Shown here piece by piece: positions 13,201 through 28,200 of a DNA stretch of 64,000 nucleotides. Source of the stretch: Perna viridis. Lineage: Eukaryota. Where the stretch lies: contig CM074514.1 of assembly GCA_037379345.1 (NCBI GenBank), positions 45,012,001 to 45,076,000 on the forward strand. Direction: 5' to 3'. Each line of letters starts with the position of its first letter. Position 1 is the stretch's first letter. Under the pieces are notes generated by a model. That model made no database searches, had not been told where the DNA came from, and saw nothing but the letters and a program-made list of their open reading frames with translations. Made by a program: the position numbers and the translations under genes.

Positions 13201-16200
13201 TGCTATGAAATGGATAAAACCAGAGGAGTCCGAAAATCTGACAAAATCGCTGAACATGAGAAGCGAACATCCTTAAGTTATGTTCATACCTTTGCCATGA
13301 CTTATTTACTTGAATTAACCCCTTTCATCATTTGCAGGGCTTGTCTTTGAAGGTTTTCCATTTTCTTCGGTCAACGGCGAGCTTGTCTTTCTGATCCCAT
13401 GTCTTGCCATGTTTTTTTTTCTTCTCTTCTGTCGATATTCTCCAGGGCTCGTTTTCGTTGTCCTTGTGGATTCCATCTCAAGAACTGGTTTACAGTGGGG
13501 CCTTCTTAGAGTATGCCATATGAAGGCTCACTTTCTCATTTTGATTTGTAATTCTATGGGAAACTGGTCTGCCCTTTGCCATAATTGTTCATTAGTCACT
13601 TTATCCTGCCGTTTTTAACTGCTCACTCATTTTTGATCAGCCAAAACAAAAGATCCAGACAAAATGTAGATTTAACTCAAGAAAAATGCCCGCGGAAATC
13701 TTAAATATTGGTTCAAACTATAAAATAACCTGAAACTGACGCAAAAATGGTCTTGATTCCTGCTTCCAGCAAAAACCATAGGGTAGGTAGGTATGGAATT
13801 ATTTAATTTTCCAAAAAACATTTTACATTAAGTTAATGAGAAAACAATTTAGACTTTAATGGTGCTTGAGCCAAAATGCCCATAAAATGTTTAGGGTAGG
13901 CACAAAAAAAAATGGATAGGTACATTTGGTAGGGTAGCAGAAAACAGACATATTATTTTGTTTTGCCTAAGTAGCAACTTTGTAAGTGTGTTTATGTTTA
14001 CATAAGCGATTATCATCTTACTACGATTTGAAAAAAGCTTTATCTTGAACCAATTCAAATATATATAAATAGGACGAAAGTGTAGCTATGGCCAGTATGA
14101 ACGCAATAGGAGATGTTTCCAACTTAATGCTTGGAAAAATGGAGGCAACAAGGCGACGACGGAAACGTCGGGAGGCGATAGGGAATGGTACTATCATTCC
14201 AGACCCAGATGAGGAAGAAGATGAAGGAGAGGACGTCGACCAAAGCCTCACGATAGAGGCAGATAATGTAGCAGTACAGATGCAAAACATTGATCCAGAC
14301 GCTGACGGTAATAAGTTCTATATACCGTACAGCCGGATAATTTTTGCGGAGTGCTAATTTTGGCGTATTTAAGCGGTCTCTCTATAAACGCCAAAATGAA
14401 TTTTGCGAAATATTTACTCTGAACTTAAGCATAAAATGCACTATTTAGCATCCGCGAAATTATAAGCGGTACAATTTTTCGTGTATTTATTTGCTTCCAA
14501 ATCCGTCAAATTTTACACCCGCTAAAAATAACCGCCATTTCGTCGGTATTATTTATTGCTAAAAACTTATAATCTTATAAGTGTTTAGATGTTTTTCTTT
14601 GCATCGATTACATGTAATATGACAATCTATCAAACCGATGAAAAGTTTGTGATTTAATCTAACTTTGAATAACGTTGTTGGCAAATTCCAGTAAACCATA
14701 TTACTAAAAAGTTAGTTTTTAAACCATACGTTTTACAGGCGAGCAAGCGATGGGTACGGATGCCGGTGGTGCCAAACTTGACTCCAGTTTATTTGGTACT
14801 ATGGGAGCAGAGGACGGATGTAGTGTTGGTGCCACGGTAAGATTTAAGGACAAACAATTTTCTTTAATAAAATAATTGTAAACGTAGTTTAAGTATATAA
14901 TTGAATAAAAAAATGATGAGAGTACATTTCAAGTTTCAGAGCATTATTACAATTTTTTAAAAATTTTGTTCCAACTTTTTTAAAGCAAGTCCTGATCTTT
15001 ACGTGGAGCATCATAAGGAACACGAAGATTTAGGTATTATGAATGAATCACTGAAAATTCTGTTTCGTAAACTGCAGGTTACTGTCAACCAAGATAATCC
15101 TTTTACGTTTGGTAATGGTACAGACTCTAAAGTAGGAACCAGAGTTGTTTCTATAGACCTTAGCAATCCTTGTACTGGCCAGAAAGCATTGGTCCAGAAT
15201 ACAACAAAACCTATTGTTGTCGAAATGGATGGTACGTTCAAATAGATACATTTTTTTCACATATTAAATGCATTTTTAATTTGGGTTAGTTGATTTTATT
15301 TTTATATTTAACAAATTAGTAACTCCTCGCATTGGTTTGTTTTTACATACCATGTAATACAACATGATCACCTAAATGTGTTGTTTTTTCTTTCAGTGTG
15401 ACGAATCATCGTTATTAGCAACATACATACATGTACGATGTTTATCATTCAATATTGTTCTATTGGTACCAATAATTTGTGATTTAAAAAAAAAGACATT
15501 TTTTTAAATAACACATTGACTAACTCTTTAGTTATCTGTTGTTTAGTCTCATACTGTTGTGTCTCGTTTTTTATTATAGTCTTTGGATTCACTTGTAAAT
15601 TTTCAAATAGTATGATATCGGTCTTTGTAGGAAATCCCGACAAAATTGACTGTCCCATGGAATTCATACTTTGCCTGTCTCGAAAAACATCCGGAGAAGA
15701 CCCGAGGGAATATAACTACCACCCGGTTCTGGTTGAGACCAATGATTCTACTATCCATTTCACTATATGGCCCGATAGGGAAGGTGATCGATTCCAAGTC
15801 TTCATAAAATACGAAGACTATCCGAATGCCACGTGGTACGACCATACGGCCATTATTCCACACGATTCAGACGCGTTTAGTCACATCAACGCGAACGACT
15901 ATCCCGAGAAGAGACGGTATCTGCAGCACACATATTTCCCGCCGCAACACCTGACTAAGTTAAATGGCACTTACAGAATTGCTATAAAGCTCTATGGTAC
16001 TAAAATAGATATTTTTATTTTATCATTTAGATGTATTTTATATTTGAAATATAATAAATAGCGACAAAAATACCAAACATAAAACAGGACAATTAAAAGA
16101 ATCCGAAGCCAAAAGCATGACCAAAAACGTGGAAGCAAGTAACTGAGACGATTTACATACATAATTTATACTGCATAATAAAATATCATGACATATCAAA

Positions 16201-19200
16201 ACTCAAGATAAAACATGACAAAAATTCGAGCACTTGCAATATGAACTCCTAAAATAAAATCTCATTAATTTTTCGTTTTCTACTGAATTTTGAACAATAG
16301 GAAGTTGCCTTTTGTAATAAAATAAGTAAGAAGTATTCATTTGCATTCCACCACTCATGTCAAGCTCATATCAACGTATTTATTAAATGTTTTATTCACC
16401 AAACTATTTCAATATATGTGCAGTAATACTGAAGCATACATTAGAAAAGACATTTTTTGTCTTGTTTTTTTTTAGAGAAAACTAATGTAAATTTTGACGA
16501 AACAAAGGTGTGTTTGAATTATTCTACACAACTTATGATATCAGGATGCAAGTTCTGGAATGAGGAGGAACAGATGTACAAATCTGATGGACTATTGGTA
16601 GCTATTTCATTTATAAAGTCTTTTACATTAATAACACAATTTATACCTAAGAATGAAAAACTTAGTTCAAGATCAACTGGCTTCAATGGACTTCGTTGTT
16701 CTTTGAATCGAGAGTCACATGACACCATATAAAAAACAAAATACAGATCGGTCTGTTTCAGGTTTGCATATTGAGGTAACTTAATTAAACAAAGAATTAT
16801 ATATATAGATCAAATTACTGTATGTTTGGTTCATTGTTTTGTTATTTGTAATAAAACATACGAAAATATGAATACAGGACAGAGGAACAGGACGAATTCC
16901 TCAGTCTGACAGAGATAAAGAGGACTTGAGGTCCATTGACTTTACACTTATGCATTGCTTTTGAAAATTCTTGTGACTGACAAGTGCATCAATCACAGAA
17001 CCAATTTTTTTTTTGGGGGGGGGGGATCCAGACACTTTGAAAAGGAGGGGCGCCAGTCGGGGTTCCTCAAAAAGGGGGCGGTAGGACATTACCTTTTTTG
17101 TCAATTTTACACATAAAATTGACAAATTTTCGAATGAAAAAGAGAGGTGTCAACCCCTGGATCCACTATCACTGAATTCACTGAATTTGTTTTTTTATTT
17201 ATACCATTTTCAAATACCAATTATTTGACACATGCAATCCAAAATTAGAACCACAAGTAAAACAATACCAGCCTGACATTATCATGTAACTGTAGAAAAG
17301 TATTCCTTAGTTTAAGTTGTGTTCTGTGTCAAATTTTGATTATTAATCTATAGGTATCTAATGACACAACAATTTGGAAGACAATATGTTTATCTACACA
17401 TTTGACGTCATTCGGCGGAGATTTTGCTGTACCACCGAACACCATAGATTTTAGCAATGTTTGGGCTAAATTTGACCCTGTCAGTAATCCCGCTGTATTC
17501 TCAACAGTGATTGCTCTTATTGGAATATACGTTATATTGGTGATATGGGCGAGACGAATGGACAAAAAGGATCTCCTGAAGGTAAGACGCCTACAGTACG
17601 TTTACGTATGACTTTAATTTTACACTGTCTACAAACACACGTGAAAACATCACAGGTGTATACTCCGCATTCTCATGTTAGAACCAGATATATTGTAGTT
17701 TCCTTTTTAGATTAGACATAGTCATGTACATGTATAAATATATTGCGATATTCTTACCTTCCCAGTGGGGTGCTACTCCTTTAGAAGACAACCTACCGAC
17801 GGACAACTACCATTACCAGATAACTGTACAGACAGGCATGAGGAAAAAAGCCGGTACCACCTCTAAAATTAGTTTTGTATTGTCTGGTGAAAGTAATGAC
17901 TCTGGAGCTAGGAGGCTGTACGATGGTCACAGGAAGGTAGGTCGTTCTAAAAGTCATCTCAACATATTACTATACCATGGCATTGTTTATATTTATTATT
18001 CATATTATGAAGTGGCAATTTTTTTTAATTTTCTTGTTGTAACTTCTATCTAATGAAAACTTGTGACTATCATGTTTTTAATATCACACTGGAACACCTA
18101 GTCTACATGGTTATTTCAGACAAAATACTTCAAAGTTCTTGAATAATTTGAATTGTTACTTTTTTAACAGTTTTTTAAAACATACAAAATGACCATTTCA
18201 GGTTCAATTTTAACTACATATATGATTTGTTATGACCGAATTTATTCACTTTTCACAGACATTAAATGAAGGCAGTATCCTGAACTACATTTTGAGTGTT
18301 GAGCAATGTTTGGGACCATTGTCCTTCCTGAGAATTTGGCATGACAACAGCGGCAAAGGAAAATGGAAGTCCTGGTTCCTAGACCAAATACAGATATCGG
18401 ACCTTCAAACTGGGGAGAGGTAAAAAAAATCGAATATTTTAATAATATACATCTAGGTACATTTCCCTTTTAATGTTTGTGCGAGTAGAACACCCTGATT
18501 TAAAAATGATGTTTTAATAAACAGCCTTCATATAAAATGTATTTCAATTGAATGTCTATAACTCATTAAGTATTCGACATAGTCAAAAAAATTTTCCACG
18601 CTTCTTGTGTTTCTCCATTTTAGATACTTCTTTCTCTGTGACCGCTGGCTTGCTGTTGAAGAGGGAGACGGTATGATAGATCGAATTATCCCCGTAGCTG
18701 GACGGGAAGATTTGGCGGCATTCAAGCATCTGTTTACGTCATCTATCAGGAAAAAGCTCACCAGTGACCACTTATGGTTCTCTGTGTTTTCACGTCCAAC
18801 TAGAAGCAGTTTCACCCGTGTACAACGAATTTCTTGTTGTATGTCCCTTCTATTCATGACTATGATCACCAATGCCATGTGGTTTAAATCTGACGAACGT
18901 GAGGGCCAGACCAATGCTTTACAAATCGGACCCGTATCGTTCACCCTACAACAGGTACTTAGATTATTTAGTAAGATATATACATAACCCCATCTTTTAT
19001 TGATGAGGAATTATTGTTACATAACTTAATCTCTAACATTAAATTTACAAAACCATCTTTAGGTTTGGTATAAGGATTCTTGTATATCGCTTTAAAGTAA
19101 TATTGGAACAATGTGCGACTTAATTTAACACCGAAAAACAGGAAGAGGTGGCGGTGGTGTAGTGTGCTTTAGGTCTGGTTTTATGTGGTCGGCTTATTAT

Positions 19201-22200
19201 GTACCTTTTGGACGAACACAGTGAAGAGTTTATCAGTGTTCAGTAGATATTTTATACAGCAAGATTCCAACTCTGAATTCCTTTTCTGAAAGAGAAAATC
19301 GTTTATTAGTTTGGGGATGGACGGCGGGGACAGATAATTTTTAGATTCGGAGATGGTGTTCCAGGTTTCGAAATAAAGGTCAAGTTCGATTATTACAAAT
19401 ATCCTTTTTGTCGTTTCGGAGTTGCAGCCCCTTTTATTGCAAAAAGGGACTCGGAACCTTCAATGCGGGAAAATCAGGTTTGCTATAAATTTGACAACCT
19501 TTGTTTTCACATATATACAAAATTGTGATTTTTGTGTGTGCAAAACTAGCATTATATAATGAAAAGATACTTGATTACACAGGCTTTCTATATGTTTTAT
19601 GTTTTAAATTATTAGGTGTTTGTCAGCTTTGCAAGTACAATGCTAGTATTCCCAGTTAACTTCATCATCATCACATTCTTCCGACGATGTCGTCCAAAGA
19701 AGAACGCTGTCGTACAGATGCACCAACAAGCACCAAAGAAAGGAAAATGGAAGAATGTCACTAGCTCATCCCAAATATGGGGCAATGCTCCCAAGAGAAG
19801 CAAATGGAGGAAGTTCACAGACGCTCTGAATAACATTACGAACTTCCATCAAAAATCAAAATACGGAGCAGACGATATTGACCCTGACGAGGAAGACAAA
19901 CCTAAACCAAAAATTGTTGGTTTACCCGAAGAAAAACAAGCTAAAAAGAAGAAGAAGCCGGGAACATTTCCTCACTGGTGTATTTATATTGCTTATGTCT
20001 GTAAGTTTCAGGTTTTAACAAATATGATTTATTTGTTTTGTGGATCACAATGGCATAAGCATTTAACGCCTTTCTTCCAAGTCATACAATCATATGATTT
20101 ATTTATATGGTGTCCATTCTTTTATTTTATAACCATTTTTAGATTGCTCAACTGGATCAAATGGGATAGGACACAAGTGAGTCAAACTTATAAAGTCTTA
20201 TCCCATTATTTTGTACTATGTCTTCAAGTCACTATGAAGCGATATTGTAAGACAGGTATCCCGGAAACTAACCATATCTTTTAACCAACACTTTTTTAAA
20301 AACTGTAAACAGCTACAAAATGCAACAACAAAAATAGCAGAAAAAAAAGGAATGGTCCATTGCGTCTTAAAATATTTTATATATTCAATGAAGTCTAGTA
20401 AAACAAGGTACTAAGTATTTTCCTGGATTAGGACTGAACTATTTTATGTTGTGTTATTTTCCCCTTTGAATCAATATTCATGCTGTTCGAAATTGATGTA
20501 ACTGTCTAGAACAATGATTGTTTGTATATTTCCAGTGACAGTATTGAGTATAATTGTACCCGGATTCTTCACCATCTTATACAGTATGGAATGGGGACCT
20601 GAGAAGGCGAACGAATGGTTGACAACATTCCTGATGTCTTTCTTTCAATCAGTTATTGTTGTACAACCAATTAAGGTAAAGGCACATGATATCGGGGTGG
20701 GGGGGGGGAAGGTTATGTTGCTACTAGATCAAGTCATCACTACAGAAGTTTTATGGTCGTCGTCATGAACTCGGGGATCGTTACGGTTAATCGGTCTGCA
20801 CCATGAAAACTGATTTTGTTCAACGTGTCATAGTTTTCCTTTCTTCTTTCGTCTACCCCGGACTTGACTTTTTATGAGCAACTCGACAGATGTTTCTAGA
20901 AAAGCTTTGGACGCTTACCCTACCGGTCCATGCTCCCAGTTTTTAGTGGAGTCCGAGTTGCTTATTTACTTTTGTTACTTTGTGTTTATTATTTTAGTTA
21001 GTTTATGTTCTTTGTTGTGTTTTTCTGTTTTCCATGTCTGGTCTTTGTCCATGTATTACATTCTTTTGATTTCCGCTAGAATCTTGGTTTCCTTGATTAC
21101 TCTATCAGAATGTGAAAATTAATTATGTTACGAAAGTTGGTGGAATACGAAAGGAATAATTATGTTGGAAGCACACCTATACATATTGCTATACTGTCTG
21201 TTAATTCATTTGAAATAAGTTTTTATTGGGGTCTAATTAAACATTGGTCAAGATTAGATCTTATGTAAAAAGTGTTAAATTATACTAGAGAATGAGAATC
21301 TCATAACGGTAATCTATACGAAATTAGTCTATGACCTTAGAATAACTAAGGGTCAGTCGGAGAAGAAATGTTCTTCTGTGCATATATGGAAATTGTAATA
21401 TGGGACAAATCGCACCACGGACAAGTCGTCACAAGTTTACTAAGACCTAGCATAGTTCCCAACTGAAAGTGCATGTTTTGACAAGGCATCCCTTGCCTAT
21501 AACTTGTTTCACCTACAGTTTATAAATCAATGGAAATTTATACAATATCTATTAACATGATTGCCTTTTATACTATGGTCTCTTTTTGTTTCTGAGACAC
21601 TTTTAAATCAGTTTTTTATTTTGAATGATGTTCAATTCATTTACAGGTGATGTGTTTGGTAGCTTTTATTGCATGTGTTCTGAAGAAACCTGACATAGAT
21701 GAGGAAGATGGTGCCAGCGAAGATATAAACAATGTTATCGCTGCTCACGACGAGGAAATGTTGAATAAAGGACACGAAGAATTGGATGGTAAGATATCAA
21801 TCATTATATTTTCTTGTTTCGATAGGTATTTGGTTCTTTTAAGACACATACAATTTGTTTTTTCTTTTATTATAACTATAGTTTTTTTCCGCTTTTGCAC
21901 TTATTGCAATTTTACGCAGGATATTGTAGAATATATGGCGTGCAGTAAGAACGTTTTACAAAATAAGCTGTAGGTTGTTGGAACCTCCACATACAATGTT
22001 TAACATTCTATAATTTAATTTGACAGAGTTTGAATTGTCTCAATTATTGTTGGTTCATGTCAGCCACTGTTCTGTGTTTTTTTTAATTATTTCCTTATCG
22101 TGTTTGTTTCTTAATTTTGAGTATTTGATATGTCTATTATTGGGTTTTAATTTGCTTGGCCGTTGGTGATTTCTCTTTGGGTTCACATCCGAATAAGATT

Positions 22201-25200
22201 TGAAGTTAGATTTTGATACTGTGTATTAAGGTATGTCGAAGAAAGCTATGAATATTTTTATTGTTATGCTTCCTTTTATCTAAAACTGTAAAACAATTGT
22301 TGCACTTACTAAGCCACACTTATCAAAACATGAGCGAAAATCATAACAACCCTCAATTCTACGGATGCAATTAGACCAGATCCGTTAGTCCAAAGTTTCT
22401 TCAGTCCGTTTATTCACATTTCATTATTTATAAAAACTCCCGAATGAAAAGACCCATGAATGAACTTTTTGCATTATAAAACTCATCGAAAAAGTGTTCT
22501 GAAGTATGACCTGCAGTTTGAATCCAGACATGGTCTCCTTTGTTAACATTGCACAAAATAACTCTTGTCACAGAGTTCCGTTCACTGGCAGGTAATACTA
22601 TATTCAATCGTGCCTTGATGTTGTTTTGAACTCTAAGTTCTGTATACACCTGTTTTGAATTATAGGTCATAATTGTCCACGAAAACATATAAATCCCAGA
22701 CAACGGAGCAATAAATATTCCATCTCCTGAATTAAAGTTTTTCCCATCATCAATCAGGACACTATCAAACTTGACGATTGAATACACCTGTAGTGTTATA
22801 TCTCCAGATAGCTCTACATAGAACATAGGCCTCCTTTTCTTTTTATTGTTGTCTGCAAAACAAGATAAAATAGAACAAGCAGTCAACAAAATGAAAGTCA
22901 AACTTAGTTGAACGAAATGGTATCAGCCGTAGATTTGTTCAGTATATGTGTTAAATATCCAGAGAGCTTTGCTATTATTTGGCGTCCGTCGTCGTTAATC
23001 TTTTTTTTTTAAATCTTCTCCTTCTTGATACTGATGGACCAAATACAACCAAACTGGGTATGAATGGTCCTGAGGGTGGTATTCTGCGTAAAACTCACAT
23101 GGGAATTGTTGATCCGTCGAAAAACATGGCCACCGTTACTAGAAATGGACCAAAGGGGTCTCCAAAACTGATAGGTTTAGCTAAATTTTGACAAGGATAA
23201 AATGTTCAACATGATGAGATCTATCGGTGGTTACATTTTCATGTAAATCTTTTAAAATGTTTTTCTTCGGCATCTATTGCTATTTTAATGATTTTACTAT
23301 TGAGAAAAAATCTCAATAGAAACTACTGAACATAATTTAATGAAAAATGATATGATCGTCCCTAAGGAACTTTTGTATAAGAAAAAAAAATATGGCCAAT
23401 AAAAATAAATCATAATCTAAAGCACAACCTCAGTTAAAATATTATGCATTCAACAGTTATTTAAAACTTATCTTGGCTTATGCTTCTTAAAGTACAGACG
23501 TACAATTATTAATGTGAATTCAAAATACCCCCCTCAAAGAAACAAAAAACTTAAGCAAACAGACAAATAAAAAAAACAAAAACCTTGTTTTTTTAGTTAT
23601 TAAATCAATTATTTTAACAACCGAATATGACCTATCTGAACAATCATCACTGGTACTTTGATCAAACCTAGAACAAGGTGTAAAGTTGAACTGTCTAATT
23701 TTAAAAAAAGAAATAAAATGTAAAATGTAAATGAGTTACAATGGCAATTTAAAATGACTGTCATTAATCATTAGGGTAACACAATTTAAATAATACATAA
23801 TAAATTCAATTCAATATTTTATTAATTGAATTGAATTGAATTGAATTTAAATTGACTGTCATTAATCATTAGGGTAACCTAATTTAAATAATTCATAATA
23901 AATTCAATTCAATATTTTATTAATTGAATTGAATTGAATTGAATTTAAATTGACTGTCATTAATCATTAGGGTAACACAATTTAAATAATTCATAATAAA
24001 TCAATTATTTGGCTTTTATGACATTATGGGCTTGATATGTGAAGCCAGTGAGACCACGAAAGGTGTTAACACAGTTTTCTCTGAGTTATTGAACTTTTAC
24101 CCAATTCATATTTACTTATAAGATTAAAAAAAAAATATCATTCTTTAAAACTGAACTGAAATTTTACACACAGATGAATGTTCTAACGTACCTATATTCA
24201 TTGCTGTGAGATTGTCTGTAAGGTTCTGAAGGCGGACTTCATATTGGACTATGGTATTTTCCAGCGTTTGCAATTGACTTTCAATGTCGGTGTTATTTTG
24301 GATAGATTTAGTTTGCAGTGAACCAAAACCGAAAACAACGACACAACTACACCATATTTCAAATTTCATTGTTTCCAAAAGCACGCAACTTTTCTACTAG
24401 AACAGAATTTTATGTGAAACAATCCTATTTATATGGTTTGCTTGTATTGAAAGGAAACGTCATATTAATGTCATGTTTGACAATCTGACAGATGTAAGTG
24501 CTGTAACAATTAGCCGCGAACTTCTACTTGACCTAACTAAAATTATTCAATATACTAGCATATTAATTATGTAATGAAATAATTGTTTTAATAAGGATGT
24601 TGCCATACGTGGAGTGTTTGCAGTTATAATAATGCTGAAACACAACAAATCCCCGATTGATTTTCCTCTCTGCCTCATTCGAACATGACAAATATTTCCA
24701 GCTGTACTTCTGATAAGAAAGAAAATCATGTTATATACATGCACGTGTTTCGTTTCGTATTCTCAAGTTACTTCATTTGAAAATATCCACGCTAGTTTTC
24801 TTATAATCTAGAGCTAGATTCTTTCCAAAGTATTGTCGATTTTATGGAATCTTGCCTTTTTGAAAATATTAAAACACTTCTTGAACACGCTCTCGTTTAC
24901 ACAAAAAAAAACAACTCCAGTCTGTTATTTGAATACCCATAAAAGGAAGAAAAGAACAGCTCACTAAAGATAGTATTATCTGAACGCATAATTCATTGTA
25001 TTCATTAATTTGTATCTTTCAATAGCTATTGTTGAGAAGAGGAAGAGGGCCAATGAGGAATGTCAACCTATTGATATGGAAACACTCAATAAAACAAGAG
25101 AGGCTCGAATGATGGAGATAAAGATGGAAACAGTCGTCCGAGAAATAGCTATTTATTTGTTATTTGTTTTGATTTTGTTTTTCCTATCATACCAACAAAG

Positions 25201-28200
25201 GGACTCCTTTTCGTTCCGAATGGCATCAAATTTGAAGAACCTGTACGACAATGGGTTTTCTAGTGTAAGTTCATTTGTGATTCTTTTTGTCGAAAATGGC
25301 TGAGATACATTATAAGTGGTGCTTTTCTTAAAATGACTTTTATGCTTCATTTGCTTTGTTTTTGAAACTATGTAAATATCAAAATAACTGGTACACTGGT
25401 AAACAATCTTTGTTACTATGATTTTATACACCCCAAAGAACTTGAGATAAAGGACACTATGAAGTCAGTCTCATACAATGACCTACTCTTAAGAGACTGG
25501 TGGAAAATGAAAACTCTTGACAGAACAATAAGACAAATGCGACGCCTTCTCATTTTATGTTGTCGACTTTTCTTTCATATGTTATAAAAAAGGAAAGATA
25601 TGGTGAAACGCAACAAATACACCATCTTAAAACCCTATAAGAATAGTAAATACTTCAAGAGATCACCAATAGGTCTTCAGTAAGTGCAAACACACCTCCA
25701 GGTAAGCTCTGAAAGGCCCGACAACAAAAGCAATAGTCTATGGTAAAAGAACGATGACACTCCTTTAAAATAAATTAAAGAGTTAATAACGATTCATTAA
25801 TGACCAACATTGACATTAGGGCGAAATCATCCATTTCTAAGCAAGTATGATGGTGCTTGCAGAACATCCGTTCTACACCTACATGTACGTATGGAGTATC
25901 ACAAACCATACATTATGCCAGAGCTTGCCGAAACTACGCGGATTTTTTGTAATGTGCTAGATTTCTTACACTTAGGCTTCTGGGAGAAGGTTATGTTGCT
26001 ACAAGATTAAGGTCATCACTACGAAAGTTTGTGGTCGTTATGGTGTATCCATCTGCACAATAGAACCAATCTGTTTCCGGTGTCATTATTCATTTACCCC
26101 GGATGTGCCTTTAATAAGCACTTCGGTGGGTGTTTCTTGAAAAGCAGATTACGCTTACCCTACCGGTGCACTTGGTCCATACTCCCAGGTTTTTGGTGGC
26201 CTCCGAGTTGCTTATTTACTTCTGATTCTTTGTACCTGGTATTTTGTTTTTTCATGTTCTTTGTTGTGTGTAAGTCTGTTTCCCCCGTGTAGTTTTCCTC
26301 CCTGAAATTTAATCTTTTGTTTCCACTCGAATCTGTGTTTCCTATGGTATTCTTGTGGAAAAACTACTTTAATTGCACACGTCGATAAAAATAATTATAT
26401 GCAATTACTATTACTTCAAGAATGATAAATATATACATATTTGTACAATTAACAGATTACAACAACAGAGCAGTACTGGAAATGGGTGGAAGCCAAACTG
26501 ATACCAGCAATGTATGCCACACATTACGACAATGGTACAGAGATCAAGAAGTGGTGGGATAAGCGTTGTACAGCAGATTTAGCATCACGACGTGTTGGAA
26601 TACCCAGATTACGACAGCTTAGAGTCAAGCCTGGTATTTCATAAGTTTTGTGATACGTTAAAAATGCTCCTTTCAATTTTGTTCATTTTATCATATATCA
26701 TTTCGAAATTGTATTCTTACAACAAGCACAGAGTTACTTATTTTTTCTATCAATACTACTTGAAAAAAGTTCTTACAAGTTTCTTTATATAGGTTTACTT
26801 CTTAACATAAAAGTGGTAGGATTTGTACTTTTCAGACACATGTACCGTGAATAAACGTCTCAAGACTCTGATAAATCACTGCCGAGACGAGTACGGTTGG
26901 ACAGACGACGACGCCAAAGACTATTTCCCCGGATGGAAAAAACCCGGCGACGAAAGTAATTATACTTCCAGTATGTTGGAAGGCGTAAAATCACCATGGA
27001 TTTACCAAAATTCGTTCGAACTCGCCAATGCTCCATATGTTGGAACGATCTCGACTTATAAGGGTGGTGGATACGTAGCCCAGTTTAAACTAAATGTAGA
27101 CAGAACAAAGGAGATGATTGCTGACTTAAGGAAAAACATTTGGATAGATATACATACCAGAGGTCTCTTCCTGGAGTTTACTGTTTATAACCCGAATGTG
27201 AACTTGTTTGGATCCATGACCATGCTGGTGGAATTCATGCAGTCTGGTGGAGCAGTAACAAGAACAGAGTTCAAGGTAATGTTGTCTTTGTTACTGCATT
27301 GGCCATCGTTAAAAAATGAATTTTAAAATTCCATTTTTGATGAAGAAAATGTAATATATTTTATATCAGCTATTGCTTTGAAATTTATTTCTATAATTTC
27401 TAACAAAAAATAAATGATCGTACAAATTACTTGAATAGAAATAAGTATCCTTCATTTTGTTTTTTAATTACATTTCTTAATTGCAGGTTTTCCGCCTCCT
27501 CAGCTATATTGGTGGAATGGGAATCTTGGTTATCATCTTTGAAGTTTTATATTCCTGCTTCACTTTGTACTTTTTTGTACGTTTTGTCAAAAAGTTAAAG
27601 AAAGAGGGAAAGAAATACTTTAAATCCTTCTGGAACAAACTGGAATTTGTTTTGATGGTGTTTTGTGTGACTGTTATTGCTATGTATGCACTGAAGCATA
27701 TCCTTACCAGTGTTGCGATGGATGCTTTGAAAGACAGAGAAAGAGGTAGGCTTACGTAAGAAATGTCTTCTTCGGTTATATGTTTTCATAGAATTTAATG
27801 CTCCGTGTCTTTACTAGTATTGCTGATGACTGGTCCTTACACAGAATCACAAATAAATGGTAAAGTTTGCATAACATTAAATGTTTTTTGCTTAAAATGA
27901 AGTCTTAAATTTCAATTAATTTTTTTTTCGTGGATAATTGAACACATGTTTTGCACGTTTTACGCACTGGTAAAATTTGTAACGCGAGGTCTATGTAATC
28001 TGCTTTTTATTTTTTGAAAAACATATGGTTCACTCCCTCTTAATAACTATTATCTTTAATGAAATAATCTAAATGCACATTCATAATTACATTGTTACGC
28101 TTCGTATTAATCTATAACTACTGCATGAATAGATATAACGATACATCTTTCTATTTATTTCAGCCGGGAACGTAAACTTTAATTCTTTGGCACAATATGA

